A model generated the notes under the pieces. That model had not been told where the DNA came from, did not search any database, and worked only from the letters and a program-made list of their open reading frames with translations. Below are positions 45,574 to 54,150 of a DNA stretch of 64,000 nt, one piece after another (the first letter of the stretch is position 1; each line of letters begins with the position of its first letter). A program made the translations under genes and the position numbers. Origin of the DNA: Dehalococcoidia bacterium (lineage in GTDB: Bacteria > Chloroflexota > Dehalococcoidia > Lucifugimonadales > UBA1123); the NCBI GenBank assembly GCA_965208795.1, contig CBDBPQ010000001.1:21895-85894 (forward strand), in the 5' to 3' direction.

Positions 45574-45691
45574 CTAACCTCGTCCGCGATAACCTGCGTT
45601 GCTTTACTATATTCTACGTGATTCTAACGAAAAAGGGGCAGGCTCATAAAGCCCGCCCCTTACGTTATCCTGCATCAAGTTAGGTGTATGA

Positions 45692-45757
45692 CCCCTTCCC
45701 CCTTGATGGGGGAAGGTTAGAGCCTGCCCCCGCGAAGGCGGGGGATGGGGGTGAAAG
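45692..45757 (+). repeat. R1 repeat, long variant with nested hairpin
   Basis: ccccttcccccttgatgggggaaggttag + agcctgcccccgcgaaggcgggggat + gggggtgaaagc. Abuts the stop codon of the permease gene at 45758. Orientation is opposite to the surrounding minus-strand genes. Confidence 0.8.
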
Positions 45758-47200
45758 CTAGTCCAACTGCCTCAGCCTCGGGTCCAGCCGGTCGCGCAGC
45801 CAGTCTCCGAAGAAGTTGAGCGACATGACCAGCAGGAAGATGCACGCGCCTGGGAAGAACGATATCCACCAAGCGTCGTTGATGTACAGGCGGCCATCGT
45901 TCACCATCGCGCCCCACGCGGGCGTGGGCGGCGGAATGCCCGCGCCGAGGAAGCTGAGTATGGATTCGGTCAGGATGATCTGGCCGACTCTCAGGGTCGC
46001 CAGAACGATGATCGTGTTGATGACCCCTGGAAGGATGTGCCAGATGATGATCCTGAACGTCGAAGCGCCCGCCACTCGCGCAAGCGAGACGTAATCACGC
46101 TCCTTTAGGCTCAACACCTCCCCGCGCACGTTCCTGACGAACGTTGACCATACCGTCAGCGCCAGCAGAATGAGCAGGATGGTGAAGGTCTGGCCGATGG
46201 CGATTACGACAACGATCGCTAGCAGGATGAACGGGATGCCGAGCCAGATGTCGGTTATCCTCATGATGACTTCATCGGTGAAGCCGCCGAAATAACCGGA
46301 CACCAGGCCCATGGTAACTCCGACCAGCAGACCGGCAACGAGCGCGGTCATCGAGACTGTGAGCGAAACGCGCGCTCCGTGGATTACCCTGCTCAGCAGG
46401 TCGCGCCCGATGTTGTCTCCACCAAGCACGTGACTCCACGTCGGAATGTGAACCTTGGCTATTACATTCGCCTGCTCGGAAAACGCCCTCTCGATGAACT
46501 GCCGGTCATTGAGCCGATCCTCTGGTATTGCGACTCCAAATTCGGCCGCCGCTTCTTCCACGCTCTTGCGCACCGGCACCGGCACCGTATCCGAGACCTG
46601 CACTTCCAGATTCGCATATGCCTCGAACGAGCTCTTGACCACCTCGCCGCCGTATAGCGGGTCGAGCAGCTGCTGCACGGTAATCTCGAAGCCGTAGTCC
46701 TGCGCCGCATCGAATACGTTCTTGTTCACGGGCTCCCAAGGCGTGCCGTCCGGCGAGTCGGCGGGCCTCACGGCCTCGACTAACGGCACCACCAGAACCT
46801 GCACACGCTCCAAGTCGGTCTGCTCTTGGAATGCCGCCTTGACCACGGAAGGGGTATTGAGTCCTTCCTGCGGTATGTCCACGCCATACTCTGCCACCGC
46901 CTCCGCCACGCCCATCTGTTTCAGCTCCCCATCCTGCCTGAACGTAACCTGCGGCAGGTCCAGTACCGATACCACCACCGGGTCGTACCATGCTGGGGGC
47001 AGGCGCGTGTTGTCCGGCACCGTGATCCGCTCGCCATGAGGCGCTATCACATCGGCGAATATCGCGGTTAGGATGAAGATGGCGAGTATCGTTATCGGGA
47101 TGACGGGCCAGCGCCTAAGGAAGTACCAGACCTGCCCGACGCTGGATCGCTGCGCGCCGATCTGCTGCGCGAGATCGGCGGAAATGTCTGCTTGTGCCAT
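45758..47200 (-). CDS. ABC transporter permease (OppC/DppC-like) with about 175-aa extracytoplasmic insertion
   Basis: TM1 lies at aa 30-52. The canonical LGGDNIGRDLLSRVIHGARVSL appears only at aa 259. The C-terminal half is a normal OppC core. Confidence 0.85.
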   Translation of the reverse strand: MAQADISADLAQQIGAQRSSVGQVWYFLRRWPVIPITILAIFILTAIFADVIAPHGERITVPDNTRLPPAWYDPVVVSVLDLPQVTFRQDGELKQMGVAEAVAEYGVDIPQEGLNTPSVVKAAFQEQTDLERVQVLVVPLVEAVRPADSPDGTPWEPVNKNVFDAAQDYGFEITVQQLLDPLYGGEVVKSSFEAYANLEVQVSDTVPVPVRKSVEEAAAEFGVAIPEDRLNDRQFIERAFSEQANVIAKVHIPTWSHVLGGDNIGRDLLSRVIHGARVSLTVSMTALVAGLLVGVTMGLVSGYFGGFTDEVIMRITDIWLGIPFILLAIVVVIAIGQTFTILLILLALTVWSTFVRNVRGEVLSLKERDYVSLARVAGASTFRIIIWHILPGVINTIIVLATLRVGQIILTESILSFLGAGIPPPTPAWGAMVNDGRLYINDAWWISFFPGACIFLLVMSLNFFGDWLRDRLDPRLRQLD

Positions 47201-47226
47201 GAACTATCGCTCCAACTGCGCTGCGT

Positions 47227-48165
47227 CTAGGCGTACCTGATTCTGGGGTCTATGTAAGCGTACAGAAGGTCGGTCAGGAAGTTCCCCACGACGAACAGGG
47301 TCGTTACCACCAGCACCACCGCGACGATTATCGGAAAGTCGTTGTTGTTGATGGACTCGAACGCCAGCCTGCCCAGCCCGGGAACGGCGAATATCGTCTC
47401 CACGACGATCGCGCCGTTGATGAAGCCGATTAGCAGCAAAGTGGCGAACGTCAGTGGCGCTATCAGCGCGTTTCGGAAGCCGTGCTTCCATATGACCGCG
47501 TTGTTGGACGCGCCCTTGGCGCGCGCCAGCTTGACGAACTCAGAATCCATCACTTCGAGCATCGAGCTTCGCACCAGACGCAGGTACACCGCCGCCGCCT
47601 GCCAGCCCAGCGCGATGACGGGCAGAACGTAGTACCTCGCGTCGAAGAACCCCTCGCCCAGCGTGCCTGTCGGGAAGAGCCGTATTCGCACCGAAAATAC
47701 CAGTATCAGCATGATAGCCAGCCAGAACACCGGCATTCCTTGACCGAACAGCGCGAATCCGCGCGCCAGATAGTCGAGAGTGCCGCCGCGTCTGACCGCT
47801 GACAACACCCCTAACGGAATCCCGACTAACGAGGCGAACAGGAAGGATACAAACCCCACCTTGAGTGTGGCGGGGAACCTGTCAACTATCTTGCCGAACA
47901 CAGATTTGCGGTCCAGAAGGCTGTCCTGCCAGTTTCCGCGCACTACGTCCGCGAGCCAGTACAGATACTGCACCACTATCGGCTTGTCTAGGTGGAACTG
48001 GCGTCCCAACTCCTCCCACGTCTCCTCGGTGATGCCGTACCCGCCCTCCTGCGCGTACAGGTATCGCGGATCGCCCGCCGCCCTGGATAGCGAGAACGTG
48101 ATCAGGGTGGCCCCGACGATAGCCAGTATAGCGAATAAGAACCGTCTGATCAGGAATTGTCGCAT
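47227..48165 (-). CDS. ABC transporter permease (OppB/DppB-like)
   Basis: MRQFLIRRFLFAILAIV..., SEFVKLARAKG, 6-TM pattern. Confidence 0.85.
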   Translation of the reverse strand: MRQFLIRRFLFAILAIVGATLITFSLSRAAGDPRYLYAQEGGYGITEETWEELGRQFHLDKPIVVQYLYWLADVVRGNWQDSLLDRKSVFGKIVDRFPATLKVGFVSFLFASLVGIPLGVLSAVRRGGTLDYLARGFALFGQGMPVFWLAIMLILVFSVRIRLFPTGTLGEGFFDARYYVLPVIALGWQAAAVYLRLVRSSMLEVMDSEFVKLARAKGASNNAVIWKHGFRNALIAPLTFATLLLIGFINGAIVVETIFAVPGLGRLAFESINNNDFPIIVAVVLVVTTLFVVGNFLTDLLYAYIDPRIRYA

Positions 48166-48310
48166 TATCGAACCCTCTCAGAGTTTTGTCGAATCTCCGG
48201 CAATACGGGTGGCCCGAACGCCGCAACCAGAATTTACTACACAGATAGCTGATTACGCAATGGGCTGGGCTTAATAGGGGTACGTAAACTCCTTGACTTT
48301 CCGATTCAAC

Positions 48311-48348
48311 CCCTTTCCCCCTGATGGGAGAAGGCTGTTATGGGGGTG
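48311..48348 (+). repeat. R1 repeat, degenerate copy
   Basis: ccctttccccctgatgggagaaggctgttatgggggtg, in the SBP-permease intergenic region. Confidence 0.6.
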
Positions 48349-48392
48349 AGATCGCTGTCTCAGACTAAATTACATACCCTTCCCCACTAAAG

Positions 48393-48437
48393 CGCGCCCC
48401 CTGCTGGGAGGAATCACCCTTCTCAACAGGGGGCGCG
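48393..48437 (-). terminator. GC-rich intercistronic hairpin downstream of the SBP gene
   Basis: cgcgccccctg (48393-403) pairs with cagggggcgcg (48427-37), an 11-bp stem with a 23-nt loop. No clear U-tract. Confidence 0.3.
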
Positions 48438-48484
48438 GCATTTACAGTGTATCCCCTACCGTAACGTTGCCGTCACACGGTGGG

Positions 48485-50431
48485 TTACTTCAGCTTGATC
48501 GTCCTGACGTTGTTGACGGTACCGAGGTTGCCGTTAGCCATCGGGCGCATGTCCCACTCGGCTATCGCGTTCGGGTCGAATACCGGCCAGATCGGCTCCT
48601 CGAACAAACCCGTGCAGTTGGCGAGCCTGCGGTTCTCGCTGTAGAAGCGAGCCGCCAACTCTTCACGCTTGGCCTTGTCGGGTTCGCCCGCCATCGTGGA
48701 ATAGATCTCCGTCGCGTACGGGATCTCCTGCCCGACACCGTAGCCACCGGCTGAGAAGCTGCTGACTACGAAGCCGTGCGCCCAGTCATACGGGAAGTTC
48801 GACTTGTTCTCGTCGCCGCAGATGAAGACGCCGACCGTCTTGTTAGTGCGGGCGACCAAGCCCGGGCGATACGTCGAGTAGGCGGTCTTGATCAGGTTGA
48901 CCTTGACGCCCAGCTCAGCTTCCCAGTCCGCGCCTACGGCCTCGCCGATCTCAGCGCCAAGCTCGCCGGTGCCTACCCACACGTCCATCTCGAAACCGTC
49001 AGCGTAGCCGGCTTCTGCCATCATGCTCCGAGCCTTGTCGAAGTCCGTGCCCCAAGACCACTCTTCACGGTAGTTGGGGTTGTTGGACGACAGGTAAGCT
49101 TGGTGGTTCACGAAGCCAAGGCCGCCGAGCAGGTTCTCGACCAGCTCTTCACGCTGGATGGCCCAAGAGAACGCGTTCCGTACCAGCAGCGAACTCTGCA
49201 TGGAAGGCGTGTTCTCATCGTAGTCGCCCATCTCGAACGGGTCGCCGATCCAAGGCTTGCTGATGTCGCGCTCGCGCTCCAGAGCCTCGCCAGTCAGACC
49301 GGAGTGCGACTCCCAGTAGTTGCCCACCCAGGATATGTCGCGGATCGTGTTGAACAGACCCTTCTTCTGAAGCTCGAAGCCCTGCTCTGTAAGAACGGGG
49401 AAGTCCTTCGTAGCGATCTGGGCGATCTGGGCTTCGTTGGCCTCGAGCATCGCGCGGCGGGATGCGCCTTCAGGCACTTCCAGCCACTTGATGCGCTCGA
49501 CGAACGGGCCGTTGCCGTCTTCCGTAGCGTAGTAGTTGGGGTTGGCGACTAGCTCGATGCCCAGGTTCTGCTGCCACGCTTCTGTGTAGTTGGCGTCCTC
49601 TGCCATGAAGGCGCCCATGCCTACGTAAACGTCCTGCGTGCCTTCGACGCCGAACTGGTCGAACACGTCCCTGGACACAATGGCGGCCGTCTGCCAGAAG
49701 CGCGAGAAGCGGTGTAGCACTCCGCGCGAGTCGTAGTTGCGGTAGTTCAGCTGCACGGTGTAGTCGTCAACGGCTTCGATGGACTGGATCAGCGGAGCGA
49801 AGTCGCCCGCTTGCCCATGAATGGACTCGGGGTTCGTGACCGAGTTCGCGTCGTTGTAGCTGTACGCTACGTCCCTGGCGGTCATTTCGCCCCAGCCGTG
49901 GTGGAACTGGATGCCCTGGCGCAGGTTGAACGTGCCGAACTCAAGCGACGGGTCCAGTGTGAAGTCCAAGGCCACCATCGGCTCGGTCGTAACTGTGCCG
50001 TCCGGGTTGGCCTTCGAATTGAACAGCACCTCGGTGATGCCCGACATGTAGATCGTCTCTGAGCAGCCGGCGGTGCAGAAGCGCGGCAGGCCGTTAGGCG
50101 CATTCACACCGGCGACGGCGATGGTCAGCGTGCCGGACGGCGCCTCCATCATCATGCCTCCGGGCGCGGGCGCTGCTGGCGCGGGAGCCGGAGCGGGCGC
50201 CGCTGGCGCTGGAGCCGCCGGAGCGGGCGCCGCTGGCGCTGGAGCCGCCGGAGCGGGCGCCGCTGGCGCTGGAGCCGCCGGAGCGGGCGCCGCTGGCGCT
50301 GGAGCCGATGGCGCGGGAGCCGACGGTGTGGTTGTCGTACCCTCATCAGAAGTGCACGCAAGCGCAAGCGCGAGTATCGCCGCAAGCGCAAACGCAATAA
50401 CTATTCTCTTATCCGGTAGCTTGGGCCACAT
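48485..50431 (-). CDS. ABC transporter substrate-binding lipoprotein, family 5, with (APAPAAPAPA)n linker
   Basis: Signal + lipobox LALAC, a long Ala/Pro repeat linker, then a family-5 SBP-sized body of about 540 aa. Upstream of OppB/OppC-like permeases on the same strand. Confidence 0.85.
   Translation of the reverse strand: MWPKLPDKRIVIAFALAAILALALACTSDEGTTTTPSAPAPSAPAPAAPAPAAPAPAAPAPAAPAPAAPAPAAPAPAAPAPAPAPAAPAPGGMMMEAPSGTLTIAVAGVNAPNGLPRFCTAGCSETIYMSGITEVLFNSKANPDGTVTTEPMVALDFTLDPSLEFGTFNLRQGIQFHHGWGEMTARDVAYSYNDANSVTNPESIHGQAGDFAPLIQSIEAVDDYTVQLNYRNYDSRGVLHRFSRFWQTAAIVSRDVFDQFGVEGTQDVYVGMGAFMAEDANYTEAWQQNLGIELVANPNYYATEDGNGPFVERIKWLEVPEGASRRAMLEANEAQIAQIATKDFPVLTEQGFELQKKGLFNTIRDISWVGNYWESHSGLTGEALERERDISKPWIGDPFEMGDYDENTPSMQSSLLVRNAFSWAIQREELVENLLGGLGFVNHQAYLSSNNPNYREEWSWGTDFDKARSMMAEAGYADGFEMDVWVGTGELGAEIGEAVGADWEAELGVKVNLIKTAYSTYRPGLVARTNKTVGVFICGDENKSNFPYDWAHGFVVSSFSAGGYGVGQEIPYATEIYSTMAGEPDKAKREELAARFYSENRRLANCTGLFEEPIWPVFDPNAIAEWDMRPMANGNLGTVNNVRTIKLK
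50161..50307. repeat. 30-bp perfect tandem repeat (coding, linker of SBP)
   Basis: gagcgggcgccgctggcgctggagccgccg at 50191, 50221 and 50251 (three perfect copies). A 27-nt partial copy lies at 50281 and a diverged copy at 50161. Confidence 0.9.
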
Positions 50432-50578
50432 GAGCGGATCCTCCTTTTATCTAGTCTGCTACGCAGGCGTATCCGGAAACTTTCCCGTTTGTAACATAGC
50501 AGTCGAGATTCCGTCAACCCTGATGCGCCTTGTTCAGGGGCGCTTCCAGCTGATTTCCCTATTTTCTACCAGCCGTTT

Positions 50579-50606
50579 TTGATTCTCAACCCCGTGTAGC
50601 TATAAG
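50579..50606 (+). promoter_or_regulatory. possible sigma70-like promoter
   Basis: TTGATT (50579-84), 16 nt, TATAAG (50601-06), upstream of ATG 50671. Confidence 0.3.
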
Positions 50607-50670
50607 ATGTATGCGCGCGCCGTCCATTTAGGACAGCCGACCAATACAGCCCCGCGACGGAGGGCGTCAA

Positions 50671-51129
50671 ATGAGAATGCCTGAATTTTCAGCGGAGTAT
50701 ATGATCGCTATCGGCGTGCGCGCCGGGCTTGGGCTGCTGTTCGGGTTCTTCATGGGCATCACCGCCCTAATCGTATCTTTCTGGGTGTTGCCCGGTCTGT
50801 ACACCCCGCCCTTTTGGATGATTCTGATAATCGTCTCCATCGGATGCTCAGCCTCGGGGTTTCTCGCCTACTTCAAGCCGGAAACCGGCAGGCGCACTAT
50901 CCTGATTTCGCTGCTAATCGCGGCTATCGGCGCGTACATAGGCGCGTGGGTCGGCTTCGGATGGGGCGAGGTGTTCTACCCGGAGGGCGTCCGCAACGTG
51001 CGGCTGCTCGCATACGGCGATGTCCGCTCGCCGCCGGTGATGTCCTTCATCACTTGGTCAACGATAGGAAGCACCATTAGCGGCGGCGCCTACTATGTTC
51101 TCAGGGCTTGGCGCTACCACGAGGTATAG
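50671..51129 (+). CDS. hypothetical 4-TM membrane protein
   Basis: Four hydrophobic segments. No recognisable motif. Confidence 0.5.
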   Translation: MRMPEFSAEYMIAIGVRAGLGLLFGFFMGITALIVSFWVLPGLYTPPFWMILIIVSIGCSASGFLAYFKPETGRRTILISLLIAAIGAYIGAWVGFGWGEVFYPEGVRNVRLLAYGDVRSPPVMSFITWSTIGSTISGGAYYVLRAWRYHEV

Positions 51130-51136
51130 ACAACCC

Positions 51137-51871
51137 ATGACCGAATCGAAACCCATCAGCCGCGTCCACACGCTAACCTTCGACGTGTTCGGCACGGTGC
51201 TTGATCTCACCGGCAGCCTCGAAGCCCCGACGGGCGAGTTTCTGTCAGAATTGGGTTCCCGCATGACCGGCGCGGAGTTCTACCCCCAGTGGCGCGCGCG
51301 TCAACGCATCGAGCAGTACCAGGATTCGATGATGATGCTTGGACACAGCGGTTACCTCGAAACATGCCGCCGCGCCTTGGCCTATGCCCTCCGCGCCAAC
51401 GGCATCTCCTTCAAGCGCGAACAGACAGTCCGCTTCATGGAAGTCTGGCAAGACCTCATCCCGTACCCGGACTCTCTGGAAGGGCTCGAACGGCTCTCCG
51501 AGAAGTATCGCCTAGTTGCGCTGTCCAACGGCGAGCCGGACTACCTGGCGCATCTGGTGAAGAACCGCATCCGCTTCGATTTCGATTACGTCATCTCGGT
51601 AGAGGAGGCGGGCGTGTTCAAGCCGCACCCCGGCGTGTATCGCGCCGCCGCGCGGATTCTGGACGCCGAACCAAACGAGATTATGATGGTCGCCGCCCAT
51701 TCGTTCGACATCATGGGCGCGCGCGTATGCGGATTCAGGGGCGCGTTCGTGAACCGCTACAAGCTGCCGTACGAAGACACCGAAAAGTACACGCCGGACC
51801 TGGTAGTTGACGACTTCAACCACCTCGCCGATAGGCTGCTGGCTGAAGCGAAACCGGAGGAGACGGGCTAG
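51137..51871 (+). CDS. HAD-superfamily hydrolase, type II haloacid dehalogenase-like
   Basis: TFDVFGTVLD (motif I), VALSNG (II), FKPHPGVY (K), VAAHSFDIMGA (IV-like). ATG 51137. Confidence 0.8.
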   Translation: MTESKPISRVHTLTFDVFGTVLDLTGSLEAPTGEFLSELGSRMTGAEFYPQWRARQRIEQYQDSMMMLGHSGYLETCRRALAYALRANGISFKREQTVRFMEVWQDLIPYPDSLEGLERLSEKYRLVALSNGEPDYLAHLVKNRIRFDFDYVISVEEAGVFKPHPGVYRAAARILDAEPNEIMMVAAHSFDIMGARVCGFRGAFVNRYKLPYEDTEKYTPDLVVDDFNHLADRLLAEAKPEETG

Positions 51872-53019
51872 TGGCGACCGTAACCGACGTTGCAATCGTA
51901 GGTGGAGGCGTCGTCGGAGCGGCGGTCGCCTACTTCGCGGCGCGGCGCGGAATGTCGTGCATCCTACTCGATAAGGGCGCTATAGGCTCCGGCGCTTCCA
52001 ACGCCGCGTCAGGCTTGTTGTCTCCCGCGCCAGGCGATGGCGACTACGCCAAACTGAGCGCCAGGAGCATGGCCCTGTTCCACGAACTTGCCCCCCGGCT
52101 GAGAGACGAGTCGGGAGTGGACATCGAGCTGGACGAGTGCGGAGACTTGCTCCTCGCGCTAAGCGAAGAAGATGTCATAGCGCTTCAGGGACACCTGCGG
52201 CAGCTAACGCGCCTCGGCGCGGAGGCGAGCTGGCTGGACTCCGACGACCTGCGCGCGAAAGAGCCGGCGCTCAACCCGGCAGTCGCAGGCGCGATCTTCG
52301 AGCCGCAGGCGTGCCGAGTCAACAACCAACGGCTGTCCAACGCCCTCGCAACCTCCGCCGCTCTAAATGGCGCGGAGATTCGGCAGGGAGTAGAGGTTAC
52401 GGGAATCGTCCAAAACGAACAATCCGGCGACGGCGGGCCCGCGACCGGTGTAATCACTAGCGCCGGCAGTATCGATGCCGGCAACGTGGTTCTTGCCGCC
52501 GGCGCTTGGACCGGCCTCATGGACAGATGGCTCTACGGCGAGCGCAGCCCCAGCGCGGCGGGGATGCCCATGGTCAAGCCCATCAGGGGCGTCAACCTCA
52601 ACCTTCAGCCCACCAGTGGCGGCATAACCAGCGCCATTCATGGCTCTTGGGGAGTGTTCGTCCCGCGCAACGACGGCTCGCTGATCGCCGGTGCGACCGT
52701 CGAAGATGCGGGCTTCGACTCCAGAGTTACCGCCGACGCTGTTCATAGCATACTCGGGTTGACTTGCGCCCTAATGCCCGCGCTCCGAGATGCGGACCTC
52801 AACTGGGCTCTCGCCGGCCTGAGACCGGGATCTGCCGACGACTCCCCCGTCATCGGAAGAATGCCCGGCTGCGACAACGTGTTCGTAGCGTCCGGACATT
52901 TCAGAAACGGCATAATGCTAAGCTTGGCCACAGGCGAGGCGATCGCTGATATGCTTGATGGCGAACCGGGCGGACGGCCGGAGAGCCTCGCCGCTTTCGA
53001 CCCCGCCCGTTTCCTGTAA
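51871..53019 (+). CDS. FAD-dependent oxidoreductase (DAO family, glycine oxidase ThiO-like)
   Basis: DVAIVGGGVVGAAVAYFAARRG dinucleotide fold. C-terminal ASGHFRNGIMLSLATGEAIADML. Confidence 0.7.
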   Translation: MATVTDVAIVGGGVVGAAVAYFAARRGMSCILLDKGAIGSGASNAASGLLSPAPGDGDYAKLSARSMALFHELAPRLRDESGVDIELDECGDLLLALSEEDVIALQGHLRQLTRLGAEASWLDSDDLRAKEPALNPAVAGAIFEPQACRVNNQRLSNALATSAALNGAEIRQGVEVTGIVQNEQSGDGGPATGVITSAGSIDAGNVVLAAGAWTGLMDRWLYGERSPSAAGMPMVKPIRGVNLNLQPTSGGITSAIHGSWGVFVPRNDGSLIAGATVEDAGFDSRVTADAVHSILGLTCALMPALRDADLNWALAGLRPGSADDSPVIGRMPGCDNVFVASGHFRNGIMLSLATGEAIADMLDGEPGGRPESLAAFDPARFL

Positions 53020-53049
53020 GATAGCGACATTCCGAGCGAGGAGGCGCAA

Positions 53050-53973
53050 ATGTCCGTCAAGATTGGCGTAGGATTCGGAGGGTGGCCGTTTCCATCCAAA
53101 GACCCGGACCACCTCTGGGAGTACACCGACGAGTGCGAACGGCTGGACGTAGATTCGCTTTGGCTTAGCGACCGCATCGTTGGCGAAGTGGTCAACGTCG
53201 AACCGATGATAGCGCTGTCGTTCATAGCCGCCCGGACGACGAAGCTGAAGTTCGGCACCAATGTACTCGCGCTCCCTCTGCGCAACCCCACGGTGCTCGC
53301 TAAGGAGATCGCCACGCTAGACTACCTCTCCGGCGGACGTTCTCTGCCCGCCGTGGGACTCGGCACCGGCGACGCCCGCGAGTACGAGGCGTGCGGAGTG
53401 CCGAAACGTCAGCGCGGCGGCAGAACCGACGAAGCTATCGAGGTGATGCGCCTGCTGTGGTCGCAGGACGACGTTACATTCCAAGGCAAGTACTTCACCC
53501 TCGACGGCGTTACCGTGCATCCCAAGCCCGTGCAGGCGGAACTTCCCCCAATATGGATCGGCGGACGCAGCGAATTCGCCATACGCCGCACCGCGCGAAT
53601 CGGCGACGGCTGGCTCGTTTCGCAGGCGACGCCCGACGAGGTGGACGTGGGCGTCTCCCAGATAAAGGCCATGGCCGAGGAGTACGGCAACGAGATAGAG
53701 GACGACCACTACGGCGCCCTGTTCAGCTACTGCATCGCCGACACCTACGACGAAGCGCGCCGCATCGCCGAGCCGTACATGCTGCGCCGCCGTACCGACG
53801 TTGACTACGACGGCTTCTCAGCCTTCGGAACCGCCGACCGGCTGCGCGACCTCATAGACGCGTACATAGACGCCGGCGCCACCAAGTTCGTAGCCCGACC
53901 GGCCTGCCCGCCGGAGATGATGATAGACCAACTCCACGCCCTCGGCGAGGTTCTGCCCGCCTACCACACCTAA
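53050..53973 (+). CDS. luciferase-like monooxygenase / LLM-class (possibly F420-dependent) oxidoreductase
   Basis: DSLWLSDRI, KFGTNVLALPLRNPTVLAKEIATLDYLSGGR, FQGKYFTL. Confidence 0.8.
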   Translation: MSVKIGVGFGGWPFPSKDPDHLWEYTDECERLDVDSLWLSDRIVGEVVNVEPMIALSFIAARTTKLKFGTNVLALPLRNPTVLAKEIATLDYLSGGRSLPAVGLGTGDAREYEACGVPKRQRGGRTDEAIEVMRLLWSQDDVTFQGKYFTLDGVTVHPKPVQAELPPIWIGGRSEFAIRRTARIGDGWLVSQATPDEVDVGVSQIKAMAEEYGNEIEDDHYGALFSYCIADTYDEARRIAEPYMLRRRTDVDYDGFSAFGTADRLRDLIDAYIDAGATKFVARPACPPEMMIDQLHALGEVLPAYHT

Positions 53974-53994
53974 GCCCCAATTCCTACAGCTAGA

Positions 53995-54111
53995 CCCCTT
54001 CCCCCTCGACGGGTTGACAAGTGTAGGCAATGGCAGAATTCGTAGGAAGCGCGATCCAAAGTCCCTTCCCCCTTGACGGGGGAAGGTTAGGATGGGGGTG
54101 AAAACCCCGCG
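53995..54111 (+). repeat. composite intergenic repeat: R1 half-site + 44-nt spacer + short-variant R1
   Basis: cccttccccctcgacgggTTGACA (53995-54019), a 44-nt spacer, then aagtcccttcccccttgacgggggaaggttaggatgggggtgaaaaccccgcg. Parallels 346..472. Confidence 0.8.
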
Positions 54112-54150
54112 TCAATCCCGTAGTCCGTCCCAACCTGCAAGGAATCCGCC

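Noticed and set aside
50161-50307. Regular 30-bp direct repeats, considered as a possible CRISPR array
   Set aside because: The repeats are contiguous with no spacers. They are in frame within a well-supported SBP gene and encode an Ala/Pro linker.
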